Source of the DNA: an uncultured Chloroflexia bacterium
GTDB lineage: Bacteria > Chloroflexota > Limnocylindria > Limnocylindrales > CSP1-4
Assembly: GCA_963720755.1 (NCBI GenBank)
Contig: CAVRGP010000015.1
Span: 64,001-128,000 of the forward strand
Direction: 5' to 3'
DNA length: 64,000 bases
The position numbers and the translations under genes are program-made. Below the pieces are notes generated by a model that saw nothing but the letters and a program-made list of their open reading frames with translations, was not told the origin of the DNA and made no database searches. Shown here piece after piece: positions 49,988-58,943 of the stretch; positions within the stretch are counted from its first letter, which is position 1; every line of letters begins with the position of its first letter.

Positions 49988-50491
49988 TCAGATCGATGCA
50001 GGCTGGGGCTGGATCGCACCGGCGATCTCGCGCGCCCAATCGTCGATGTCCCCCCAAACGCGGAAGTCGCCATAGGGCGCTCTGACCGCAGCGACCACCA
50101 GCTTCTCCGGTAACTTGAGGTCCGCCTTGTCGAGCCTGCCGGGGAACACCCGGTGCTCGACGGCTTCGGTGGCCAGCATGAGGGCCGCCACATCGTCTGG
50201 ATCGCCGTCAGGCTTGAGTGGCTCGCCAAGTGGGCCACACGAGAAGAGGAAGACCCGGCGTTGTCGTAGCGCTGCCTCGTGCCGACTCACGAACGCCTTT
50301 GCCGGACCGAGCCAACGACCCGCGTAGACGCCGCTACCGATCACGACCGCGTCGTAGCCGTCCAGCGACGTGACCGCATCGGGTTCCATGACCTCGACCT
50401 CGAGCTCGGCTTCCGAGAGGACGACGCCGATGTGATCGGCGATCTCCGTGGCCGTCCCGTGGCGGGAAGCGGAGGTGACGAGGACCTTCAT
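49988..50491 (-). CDS. HemG-like flavodoxin domain protein
   Basis: 'SRHGT..EIA..I', 'YDAVVIGS.VY.G.W', 'LFS.GP', 'GDFR.W..I..WA'. Confidence 0.88.
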   Translation of the reverse strand: MKVLVTSASRHGTATEIADHIGVVLSEAELEVEVMEPDAVTSLDGYDAVVIGSGVYAGRWLGPAKAFVSRHEAALRQRRVFLFSCGPLGEPLKPDGDPDDVAALMLATEAVEHRVFPGRLDKADLKLPEKLVVAAVRAPYGDFRVWGDIDDWAREIAGAIQPQPASI

Positions 50492-50581
50492 GATCGACTC
50501 CTTTGTGCGCTCGCGGGTCTCGCGCACGGTGATCGTCCTCCCGTCCCGCTCCCGATCGCAGCGCCATTCGTCGCGTTGGCG

Positions 50582-50597
50582 CGGTCCGATCGGCCCG
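50582..50597 (-). promoter_or_regulatory. candidate DosR/OsdR-like box upstream of the flavodoxin gene
   Basis: Minus strand CGGGCCGATCGGACCG, 13/16 identical to the Streptomyces OsdR-type palindrome AGGGCCGATCGGCCCT. Confidence 0.5.
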
Positions 50598-50633
50598 TCA
50601 GGGCACCTGCGGAGGACGAGCCGTCAGAGCTGC

Positions 50634-51905
50634 CTAGATGAGGTGGTAGCGGCGCGCCTCGGCCTCGAGATCCACTCGGTGATCGGGGTGGGCGACGCCG
50701 ATGAGCGCTGTCGCGCGCTCTCGAAGGCTCTTCCCATACAACTCGGCGACACCCCACTCGGTCACGATCGTCCGCACGTGGGCTCGGGTCGTGACGACGC
50801 CGGCGCCCTCGTGGAGGGTGGCAGCGATCCGAGACACGGTGCCACCAGCCGCCGTGGACGGGAGGGCGATGATCGATCGACCGTTCGAGGCGAGCGCTGC
50901 ACCGCGAATGAAGTCCATCTGGCCACCGACCCCGGAGTAAAGACGATGGCCGATCGAGTCGGCTGCGACCTGACCGGTGAGATCAACCTCGATCGCGGAG
51001 TTGATGGCGATCATCCGGCTGAACGACCGGATGACGTGCGTGTCGTTGGTGAAGTCGACCGAGCGCATCTCGACCATCGGGTTGTCTCTGACGAACTCGT
51101 ACAACCGGGCGGTGCCCATCAGGAACGCGGTCACGATCTTGCCGCGGTTGCGCTCCTTGCGTGTCCCGTTCACGACCCCGGCCTCGACCAGGTCGACGAC
51201 GGAGTCGGTGAACATCTCCGTGTGGATCCCGAGATCCTTCTTGTCCCGGAGGGCGAGCGCCGTGGCAGCCGGGATCGTCCCGATACCGAGCTGGAGCGTT
51301 GCGCCGTCCGGGACCAGCTCCGCGATGTACTCGCCGATCTTCCGTTCGACCTCCCCGATCTCGCCGATCGGGATCTCATACGGCGGCTGATCGACCTCGA
51401 CCGCGAGATCGATCTCGTTGACGTGGATGAAACTCTCGCCCAGCGTCCGCGGCATCGCTCGGTTGAACTGGACGAGCACGGTTTTGGCCGCCCGGACCGC
51501 CGCGTGCATGGCCTCCACGCTCGTCCCGAGCGAGCAGAACCCATGGGCGTCAGGTAGCGTCGCGTTGACGAACACGACATCGAGCGGGATCGTGCCCGAG
51601 TCGAACAGGTGGGGCACGTCGGACAGGAACGCCGGTACGTAATCCGCCCGACCCTCGTTGACGGCGGCACGTGCGTTGGGCCCGATGAACAACGCCCGAT
51701 GACGGAAATGCGGAGCCATCTCCGGGGCAAGGTGCGGTCCGGGGCCCTCGATGTGCAGATGGACGACCCCGACGTCGTGCAGGTCCGCCGCCCTCGCCAC
51801 GAGAGCGTCGAGCAGGACCGACGGCGTCGCGGCCGCGCACTGGAGATAGATCTGATCGCCCGACTGGATCGAGGCGACGGCCTCGGCGGCTGACACGATT
51901 CGCAT
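50634..51905 (-). CDS. acetyl-CoA hydrolase/transferase (4-hydroxybutyrate CoA-transferase-like)
   Basis: 'TLQLGIG.IP', 'LGIHTEM', 'INSAIEVDLTGQV', 'SGVGGQ.DF', 'VTEWG.A.L.G..L.ERA..LI..AHP'. Confidence 0.93.
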   Translation of the reverse strand: MRIVSAAEAVASIQSGDQIYLQCAAATPSVLLDALVARAADLHDVGVVHLHIEGPGPHLAPEMAPHFRHRALFIGPNARAAVNEGRADYVPAFLSDVPHLFDSGTIPLDVVFVNATLPDAHGFCSLGTSVEAMHAAVRAAKTVLVQFNRAMPRTLGESFIHVNEIDLAVEVDQPPYEIPIGEIGEVERKIGEYIAELVPDGATLQLGIGTIPAATALALRDKKDLGIHTEMFTDSVVDLVEAGVVNGTRKERNRGKIVTAFLMGTARLYEFVRDNPMVEMRSVDFTNDTHVIRSFSRMIAINSAIEVDLTGQVAADSIGHRLYSGVGGQMDFIRGAALASNGRSIIALPSTAAGGTVSRIAATLHEGAGVVTTRAHVRTIVTEWGVAELYGKSLRERATALIGVAHPDHRVDLEAEARRYHLI

Positions 51906-51975
51906 GTGTCCAGCGTACGCGAGACGGCGATCCGGCGGTGCGTTCCTGGCGGTTCGTCCACTGAGCACGCACGCG

Positions 51976-51991
51976 AGGGCCGAACGGCAGT
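51976..51991 (+). promoter_or_regulatory. candidate DosR/OsdR-like box between divergent genes
   Basis: AGGGCCGAACGGCAGT, 13/16 identical to AGGGCCGATCGGCCCT. Confidence 0.5.
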
Positions 51992-52041
51992 ATCGGTCGC
52001 CGCTCGAGCGAGGCTACTGTCAACCGAAAGGAGATACCGCC

Positions 52042-52398
52042 ATGACCCTACTCACACCGCTTGACCCGGTCGTCGCCCCTGTCGTTCCGCGAGGCGCGGT
52101 CGTCTGGCTCGATGGGCAGACAGCCATCGTGGCATCGACGGATGACGACGGACGGATCAACACGACCCAGATCGAACGTGGACTCGATGGCGAGCCGCCC
52201 TACCTCGCCAGGGTCGTCCACGAGATCGGCGAACGCGACCGGGTCGTGATCCTCGGACCCGGGGTGCATCGGCTCGAACTCGAACGGGAATATGTCGCGA
52301 TCTTCCATCGGCCAGACCGGCTCGTCGATGTCGAGCGATCCGGCCCGGTCGACGCCAGGGACCTGACCGAGCGACTTCGATCGCTGACCGCCCCTTGA
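52042..52398 (+). CDS. small hypothetical protein resembling aeRF1 middle-domain / host-attachment proteins
   Basis: AAAGGAG RBS; 'AVVWLD...A' and 'Y...V...I.....VVILGPG.....LE'. Confidence 0.65.
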   Translation: MTLLTPLDPVVAPVVPRGAVVWLDGQTAIVASTDDDGRINTTQIERGLDGEPPYLARVVHEIGERDRVVILGPGVHRLELEREYVAIFHRPDRLVDVERSGPVDARDLTERLRSLTAP

Positions 52399-52499
52399 TG
52401 GCCGTTCCGTGCGTCCGGTCACAGGCTCGCAGCTACATCCCGATGCCACTCGAGCGATAGCAGAAGATGCGGCCGGTCGGTATCCTGAGGCCGAAGCCC

Positions 52500-53489
52500 A
52501 TGGATACGCCAGCGCCGACGGATGCGGACGTCCTTCGCTCAAGCAATGACCACCTCGTCCGAGGTGCGCTGGCAGCCTATCTCGCCCTGGTCGCCGCTCT
52601 CGCCCTGACCAACGGCTTCCAGCTCACCGCCGAGGTCGTGCTGGTCGGGTTCGCGCTGGTCACGATCCTGATCGGCTGGAGATTGGCCGGTGCCGGCGGT
52701 CTCCACCCGGCCCGGGATTGGCTGCCGTTCATCCTGATCGCACTCGCCTACGAACTCATCCGCGGCTTCGGACCGTTCCTGGTCCGCAATGTGAACCTCG
52801 ACCTGGGCGCCGCCGTCGACCGGGCCCTGCTCGGAGGGGCCGTTGCGAGCGACCTCCTCCAGCGGGCGCTCCGACCATCCGGCTGGTTCGAACCGGTGGC
52901 CGTGGTGGCGACGATCGTGTACGCCCTGCATACCATCCTGCCGATCGTCGTGGGGTCATACCTGTGGAGGCGTGACCGCCGCCGCTTCCACGATTTCGTG
53001 GCTGCCCTCGTCATCCTCTCGCTCGCGGCCTTCGCCACGTACCTGCTCCTGCCGGTGGCACCGCCCTGGTGGGCTGCCGACTTCGGGCATATCCCGCCAA
53101 TCGGGCACCTGCAGGGTGCGGCGATCGACGGTCTCGTCGGGGCTTCGGGCTTGACCGGAAGCTGGATCGCCTCCTTCGCGTTCGGCGAAATCAGCCCGGA
53201 CCCGGTGGCGGCGTTCCCGTCCCTCCATGCCGCCTACCCGGTCCTCGCCTACCTCTTCCTCCGCGGCATGCCCGGGACGGCGAAAAGGCTGACTCTTGGG
53301 TTCACCGCGGTCGCCTGGTTCTCGATCCTCTATCTTGGCGACCACTATCTCGTGGATATCGCCGGCGGGCTCGCGTATGCCGTTGCGGCCTGGTGGTTCG
53401 TCACCCGCTACGGATCGCTTACCCGAGCCACGGAGCTTCGGTTGGCTGGTCTTTCGGACGCGACAGCGACCTCGGTCCGCGCTCCCTGA
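52500..53489 (+). CDS. PAP2 superfamily membrane phosphotransferase (AUR1/IPC synthase-like)
   Basis: Multiple TMs; 'P.APPW', 'AAFPSLH', 'HY..D...G'. Confidence 0.88.
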   Translation: MDTPAPTDADVLRSSNDHLVRGALAAYLALVAALALTNGFQLTAEVVLVGFALVTILIGWRLAGAGGLHPARDWLPFILIALAYELIRGFGPFLVRNVNLDLGAAVDRALLGGAVASDLLQRALRPSGWFEPVAVVATIVYALHTILPIVVGSYLWRRDRRRFHDFVAALVILSLAAFATYLLLPVAPPWWAADFGHIPPIGHLQGAAIDGLVGASGLTGSWIASFAFGEISPDPVAAFPSLHAAYPVLAYLFLRGMPGTAKRLTLGFTAVAWFSILYLGDHYLVDIAGGLAYAVAAWWFVTRYGSLTRATELRLAGLSDATATSVRAP

Positions 53490-53493
53490 TCCC

Positions 53494-54060
53494 TCAGCGC
53501 GACGGAAGGGAGCCTACGGCAGGGACGGCCTCCTCGTAACCGCGATCGAAGGCTGCCTGATCGGCGCGAACCAGTTCGGGGCGATCGCCGATCACGATCC
53601 CGAGTGCCTCGTGGACCGACGCCTGGCGCACCACCGGTCGGCGGGCGATGAGCCCACCGAGAGCGACGATGCTGACGAGCCGGTCGTCGCCGATCTCCCG
53701 GGCCAGCGCGGAGCACCGCAGTGAGGCGATCTCGATGTCCGACCGACGGGGTTCCGCCTCGATGAGCGATGTGTTGACGACGAGGAGCCCGTCCGCGACC
53801 AGGATCGATTCGAACTTCGCGAGCGACGGTGGATTCAGGGCGATGACACTGTCAGCACTGTCGACGATCGGCGAGCCGATCGGGTGGTCGGCGATGATGA
53901 CGGTGCACGAGGCCGTGCCGCCGCGCATCTCGGGACCGTATGAGGGCATCCAGGAGACTTCCAGCCCGTCGATCAGGGCGGCCTGGGCGAGCACCTTGCC
54001 GGCAAACAGGAGACCCTGGCCGCCGAACCCGGACACGATCGCAGCGTGTTGCATCGTCAT
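53494..54060 (-). CDS. 2-oxoacid:ferredoxin oxidoreductase gamma subunit
   Basis: 'GFGGQG', 'PSYGPEMRGGTA.C.V', 'I.SP'. Confidence 0.92.
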   Translation of the reverse strand: MTMQHAAIVSGFGGQGLLFAGKVLAQAALIDGLEVSWMPSYGPEMRGGTASCTVIIADHPIGSPIVDSADSVIALNPPSLAKFESILVADGLLVVNTSLIEAEPRRSDIEIASLRCSALAREIGDDRLVSIVALGGLIARRPVVRQASVHEALGIVIGDRPELVRADQAAFDRGYEEAVPAVGSLPSR

Positions 54061-54863
54061 GCCTCCGCGTCGCGCTCGGCGCGCGACTTCGGGCGATCGA
54101 CGAGAACACCGAGCGGATACGTCTCGACGACATCGTTGGCCACGTGCTCCATCGCCTCGGTCGGGGTCATGTTCCAGCCGACCGGGCAGGTCGACAGGAC
54201 TTCCACGATCGAGAAGGCGCCGCCGGCAAGCTGGATCTCGAACGCCCGCCGGAGCATCGTCTTGGTCCTGCCGATCCATTGTGGGTCCGCGATCGACCCA
54301 CGAGCTGCGTACGCCACCCCCGGGAGCAGTGCCAGCATCTCCGTGATCGGGATCGGGTAGCCGGCCGAACCGGCGTCGCGCCCGGTCGGGCTCGACGTGG
54401 TCCGTTGGCCGAGCAGCGTCGTCGGAGCCATCTGGCCGCCGGTCATGCCGTAGATGCCGTTGTTGACGAAGATGACGCTGATCCGCTCCCCGCGAGCCGC
54501 CGCGTGGATGATCTCGGCAGTCCCGATGGCCGCCAGGTCGCCATCGCCCTGATAGGTGAAGACGAACGCGTCCGGCCGGACCCGCCGGACCCCGGTCGCC
54601 ACGGCCGGGGCGCGACCGTGCGGCGACTCCACGAAGTCGATGGCGAGGTAGTCGTAGGCAAACACGCTGCAACCGACCGAGGCGACCCCGATCGTCGTCG
54701 GCCCGAGGTCCATCTCGTCGAGCAGCTCCGCGACGAGCCGATGGATGATCCCGTGCCCACAGCCCGGGCAATAGTGGGTGGATGTGTCGGTCAGGAGGTC
54801 GGGGTGCCGGTACACGCTGCGGAGAGGGGCGGCGGTCGCTGGCTGCGGTCCGGCTGGCATCAT
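54057..54863 (-). CDS. 2-oxoacid:ferredoxin oxidoreductase beta (TPP-binding) subunit
   Basis: 'YCPGCGH', 'HGRA', 'YQGDGD', 'NN.IYGMTGGQ.APT', 'S.CP'. Confidence 0.93.
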   Translation of the reverse strand: MMPAGPQPATAAPLRSVYRHPDLLTDTSTHYCPGCGHGIIHRLVAELLDEMDLGPTTIGVASVGCSVFAYDYLAIDFVESPHGRAPAVATGVRRVRPDAFVFTYQGDGDLAAIGTAEIIHAAARGERISVIFVNNGIYGMTGGQMAPTTLLGQRTTSSPTGRDAGSAGYPIPITEMLALLPGVAYAARGSIADPQWIGRTKTMLRRAFEIQLAGGAFSIVEVLSTCPVGWNMTPTEAMEHVANDVVETYPLGVLVDRPKSRAERDAEA

Positions 54864-55981
54864 GCGCGCTCCTTCCCGTCAGACAGCGACCATGCGCGGC
54901 GCACCGCCTCGACGACCGCCGCGGGCGTCGGGACCATGCCGCCTGTCCGGCCGTGGAAGAAGACCGGGGTCCGACCCTCGACCGCCAGACGGACGTCCTC
55001 GATCATCTGTCCGGCCGACAACTCGACGACGACCAGGGCGCGCAGGTTCGGGGCGATCGACGCCAGTGCCTCCGACGGGAACGGCCACAGGCTGATCGGC
55101 CGGAAGATCCCGACGCGCAGCCCGTCGCTCCTGGCACGCTCGATCGCGGTCCGCGCGACGCGAGCGGCGATGCCGTACGCCACGATGACGACCTCGGCAT
55201 CGTCCAGATGCTCGCCGGCCCATCGCACCTCGCGCTCGGCGATGGTGGCGAACTTCGCCTGCAGTCGCGTGTTGTGGGCCTCGAGATCCTCGGAACGGAG
55301 GTTCAGGGAGCGGACGACCCTGGGCGGCCGGTCGGCGGCTCCGGTGAGTTCCCATCCACCAGTCTGACGAGCGGGCATCCGGTACTTCGGTTCGATCGCC
55401 TCCATCGCCTGGCCCATCACCCCATCGGCGAGGATCATGACCGGGGTCCGGTAGCGTTCGGCCATCTCGAATGCGTCGGCGGTCAACTCGACGGCCTCCG
55501 CGATCGACGATGGGGCGAGGACCGGGACGCGGTAGTCACCGTGGCCATGCCCCTTGGTCGCCTGGAAGTAATCCGACTGCGATGGCCCGATGCTGCCGAG
55601 CCCGGGCCCACCGCGCATCACATTGATGAGGACCATCGGGAGTTCCGATCCGGCGAGATAGCTCATCCCCTCCGCCATCAAGCTGATGCCTGGGCTGGAC
55701 GAGGACACGAGAACGCGGGCTCCGGTGGACGCAGCTCCAAGGGCCATATTGATCGCGCCGAGCTCACTCTCCGCCTGGACGAACACGCGACCCAGTTCCG
55801 GCATGCGGCGGGCCATCCATTCCAGAAGCTCCGCTTGCGGGGTGATCGGGTAGCCGAAGTACGCATCGCAGCCGGCCTGGATCGCGGCCTCGGCCATCGC
55901 CTCGTTGCCCTTCATCAGGATTCGGCGCGCTCGCCCGGTTGCGACCTCCGACGGAGCGATCGCGTCGATCACCGCGGCCAT
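54860..55981 (-). CDS. vorB: 2-oxoacid:ferredoxin oxidoreductase alpha subunit (2-ketoisovalerate oxidoreductase VorB-like)
   Basis: 'KGNEA', 'GYPITPQ', 'QAESE', 'SSSPG.SL', 'RGGPGLG.I...Q.DY', 'GQM.EDV'. Confidence 0.9.
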   Translation of the reverse strand: MAAVIDAIAPSEVATGRARRILMKGNEAMAEAAIQAGCDAYFGYPITPQAELLEWMARRMPELGRVFVQAESELGAINMALGAASTGARVLVSSSSPGISLMAEGMSYLAGSELPMVLINVMRGGPGLGSIGPSQSDYFQATKGHGHGDYRVPVLAPSSIAEAVELTADAFEMAERYRTPVMILADGVMGQAMEAIEPKYRMPARQTGGWELTGAADRPPRVVRSLNLRSEDLEAHNTRLQAKFATIAEREVRWAGEHLDDAEVVIVAYGIAARVARTAIERARSDGLRVGIFRPISLWPFPSEALASIAPNLRALVVVELSAGQMIEDVRLAVEGRTPVFFHGRTGGMVPTPAAVVEAVRRAWSLSDGKERA

Positions 55982-55982
55982 G

Positions 55983-56255
55983 TCAGCTCCTCCTCGGTCG
56001 CGCATAGACGGCGAAGACCGCGTCCGGGCAGATCCGGGCGCACAGCGCGCAACTCGTGCAGGCGTCCGCGTCCGTCAGCTCGACGGGGTGGTAGCCGATC
56101 TGGTTGACGCGGGTCTCGTCGAGAACCAGGACATGTTTGGGGCAGATGGAAACGCACAGCCCGCACCCTTTGCACGAGTCGCTCGAGATGACCAACGGCT
56201 CGAACATATCGTGCGCGCGCGTCCCTGACCGGTCCGGCTTGACGGCGATCGCCAT
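55983..56255 (-). CDS. 2x[4Fe-4S] ferredoxin (oxidoreductase delta subunit)
   Basis: Two CxxCxxCxxxCP motifs ('[12 protein letters not shown]', '[12 protein letters not shown]'); GGAGG RBS. Confidence 0.93.
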   Translation of the reverse strand: MAIAVKPDRSGTRAHDMFEPLVISSDSCKGCGLCVSICPKHVLVLDETRVNQIGYHPVELTDADACTSCALCARICPDAVFAVYARPRRS

Positions 56256-56371
56256 CAGCACCTCCGATCGAACCGTAGGTGTCGCGGTGACGCTGGGACG
56301 AGTGCCGAATGGCGCCTCGACCCAGTGCCATTCGGCCGGACGAGGTCACAGACGTGCGGTACGGTCGGTCC

Positions 56372-57568
56372 ATGCATCGCCGTCTTCCGAAGACCGAGCA
56401 CCTCCCGGCGACCGCCGACGTCGTCGTCATCGGCGGCGGGATCGCCGGCGCGAGCGATGCGTTCTTCCTGCGTCGGGCTGGGTTCTCCGTCGTCGTCATC
56501 GAGCGTGGCAGTCAACTCGCAGGGCTGACGACGAGCCAGTCGGTCGCCTGCTTCCGCGCCCAGTGGGACGACCCCGACCACGCGGCGCTCGTCCTCCCGA
56601 GCATCGACTTCTACGGTGCGTTTGCGGACAGGGTCGGGCTGGCTGGCTGGGATATCGGGATCCGTCACCAGGGCTGGCTGTTCATCACCGGGGCCGACGA
56701 CGGGCCGGACGTCGTTGGGGACTTCGTGGCGGGTCATCGCCGGCTCGGGGTGGACAATTCGGAGTCGCTGAGTGGCGATGCGGCACGACAGCGGTTCCCA
56801 TGGCTGGGGCCGGCCGTTCGAGCGGCGTCCTACCGTGCGCTCGATGGATGGGTATCGCCGTATGAGGTCACGTACGGGTTCGCGCGGGCGAGTGCGGCAA
56901 CGTTCAGCCTGGGGACGACCGTGACCCGGATCCTCACCGACGGCGAGGCGGTCCGCGGCGTGGAGACGACGCGCGGGACGATCAGCACAGATCGCGTGGT
57001 CCTCGCCGCCGGTCCGTTCGTGGGTCGTCTGGCCGAGACCGTCGACGTCTTGCTTCCGGTGTCGGCGGTGCGCCGGCATCGAGCGATGGTGACGCCGCGA
57101 GCCGAGATCCCCGGCGATGGACCGATGACGGTCGACATGGACAGCCACGTGTACTGGCGCCCGGAAGGCGGCGGCGCGTTTCTCGGTCATGGACTGCCGG
57201 AGGATCCGAGCGAGCCGATCCTCGATGTCCCGGTCGACTGGACGTTCCCGGCCGTCGCCATCGACGCCGCCGGTCGCCTCGTCCCGTTCTGGCGAGATGT
57301 GGCTGATCAGTTGACCGGCGCAGAGGTCTCGGTCGGTGCCGGCCAGTACACCGTGACCTCGGACGGGCTTCCGATCATCGGCACGATCCCAGACGTCGAT
57401 GGCTTGTTCATCCACGGTGCGGACAATGGCTGGGGCGTCGAGTCCGCCCCAGAGGCCGGACGGCGCCTGGCCGAGGTCGTGGTCGCCGGCCGGGGCCGGC
57501 CCGATGATCCATTCCGCCTCGATCGGCCGGGGATCGACCAGCCAGCCGGGAGGACGATCACCTACTGA
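56372..57568 (+). CDS. FAD-dependent oxidoreductase (DAO/sarcosine oxidase beta-like)
   Basis: 'DVVVIGGGIAG', 'DG...P', 'VVLAAG', 'D..PIIG', 'G....P..G'. Confidence 0.9.
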   Translation: MHRRLPKTEHLPATADVVVIGGGIAGASDAFFLRRAGFSVVVIERGSQLAGLTTSQSVACFRAQWDDPDHAALVLPSIDFYGAFADRVGLAGWDIGIRHQGWLFITGADDGPDVVGDFVAGHRRLGVDNSESLSGDAARQRFPWLGPAVRAASYRALDGWVSPYEVTYGFARASAATFSLGTTVTRILTDGEAVRGVETTRGTISTDRVVLAAGPFVGRLAETVDVLLPVSAVRRHRAMVTPRAEIPGDGPMTVDMDSHVYWRPEGGGAFLGHGLPEDPSEPILDVPVDWTFPAVAIDAAGRLVPFWRDVADQLTGAEVSVGAGQYTVTSDGLPIIGTIPDVDGLFIHGADNGWGVESAPEAGRRLAEVVVAGRGRPDDPFRLDRPGIDQPAGRTITY

Positions 57569-58425
57569 CCCTGGCGCGCCTGCCCGTCGTTCCCGAGCGA
57601 CGCCCGCAGAGACGCGATCTCGGCCGTCTGGTTGGCCATCGCCGCCCGCAGGGCTGCCAATTCCTGCGCGATCGGATCGGCCGGTGTCTCGGTCCCCTCG
57701 GCGCTGGGCGTGCTCGGTTCGGTATCGGCGGCCGAGCCGTCGGGCGACGATGGCGAGACCAGCAGGCTGGCCAGGATGCTGGCGAGTGCGCCGATGATCC
57801 CGATGCCGGCGAACATCACGAAGACGCCCGTGACGCGTCCGAAGAAGGTCACCGGGTAGAAGTCGCCATAGCCGACGGTGGTGATCGTAACGATGCCCCA
57901 CCAGATGGCATCGCCGCCGGTCGTGATGTTCGCGTTCGGATCCGTCGATGTGCTCTCGACCTGGAGGACCAGCATGCTGGCTGTGCTGAGCACGATGCCG
58001 GCCAGCAGGATCGTGATGAAGGTCGCGTACTGTCCGCGGTTCGCGAGCACGTCGATGACGAGGTCCTTGCCAGCCTGTCCGCGCAGGAGGCGGGTGATCC
58101 GGGCAAGCCGGCTGAGGCGGGCCAGTCGGAGCAGTGCTCCGATCTGGAAGACGCCGATGCTCGGGATCGACCCGAGCAGATCGAGCCAGCCTCGCTGGCC
58201 GATGAAGTACGCCCGTTTCGGCTTCGAGCCCGAGATGTTGAACGTGAAGTCGATCAGGAAGATGACACACACGACGTTGTCGTAGAGGTAGAGCAGGTCG
58301 TGCTCGGCCGGGCTGACCGGCAAGAGAAGCAGGACCATGATCGCGAGCGAGAAGATGGTCAGGACCAGGATGAAGATGTTGTAAGCGTTGCCGTGCTCGC
58401 GCATCCGCGGCGCCTGGGCAGTCAC
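57562..58425 (-). CDS. six-TM voltage-gated potassium channel
   Basis: Selectivity filter 'TTVGYGD'; S4 'LRLARLSRLARITRLLR'; GGAGG RBS. Confidence 0.95.
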   Translation of the reverse strand: MTAQAPRMREHGNAYNIFILVLTIFSLAIMVLLLLPVSPAEHDLLYLYDNVVCVIFLIDFTFNISGSKPKRAYFIGQRGWLDLLGSIPSIGVFQIGALLRLARLSRLARITRLLRGQAGKDLVIDVLANRGQYATFITILLAGIVLSTASMLVLQVESTSTDPNANITTGGDAIWWGIVTITTVGYGDFYPVTFFGRVTGVFVMFAGIGIIGALASILASLLVSPSSPDGSAADTEPSTPSAEGTETPADPIAQELAALRAAMANQTAEIASLRASLGNDGQARQGQ

Positions 58426-58533
58426 GCTTGCTGAACCTCCTCGTACCCGAGCTCCGATCAGGAGCTTGACGCCATCCTACCGGCCGACGATGGTCGACGT
58501 GTCGCGGCCGATGTCAACCGAGCGACCTGACGA

Positions 58534-58941
58534 TCACCCTGCGGCCAGTGTCGCGAGGGACGAGGCGCGCAGACGGTCCTGGATCGCGGCCCTCGCCTCG
58601 GCGACGACGGCGTGTGCGGCACACTCGCCGCCGGCCAGGCAGGCGGCGTTGCGCAGGATGCACCCGCGATCCGGGTCGACGCCTTCGACGGCGGTCACGA
58701 TGTCGAGCACGGAGATCTCGTCGGCCGGGCGCGCCAGCCGATAGCCGCCGCTTCGTCCCGTGGACCCGACGACGAGGGAAGCGCGGACCAGGTCGGTCAT
58801 GACCTGTGGCAGGAAGGCGGGTGGGATCGCGTGCTCGGCGGCGATCGTACGGGCGCTCAACTGCTCGCCAGCGGGAGTCCGGGCCAAGGCGACCATGGCC
58901 CGGATCCCGTAACTCCCGCGACGCGTGAGGTGGAGGCGCAC
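58534..58941 (-). CDS. Rrf2 family regulator (IscR-like, Fe-S binding)
   Basis: 'YGIRAM..LA', 'G..GGY.LAR', 'IV.AVEG', C-x5-C-x5-C-x2-H. Confidence 0.92.
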   Translation of the reverse strand: MRLHLTRRGSYGIRAMVALARTPAGEQLSARTIAAEHAIPPAFLPQVMTDLVRASLVVGSTGRSGGYRLARPADEISVLDIVTAVEGVDPDRGCILRNAACLAGGECAAHAVVAEARAAIQDRLRASSLATLAAG

Positions 58942-58943
58942 CG

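Noticed and set aside
52469-52484. DosR-like box upstream of the PAP2 gene
   Set aside because: Only 9/16 match to the OsdR-type palindrome, which is not distinguishable from chance
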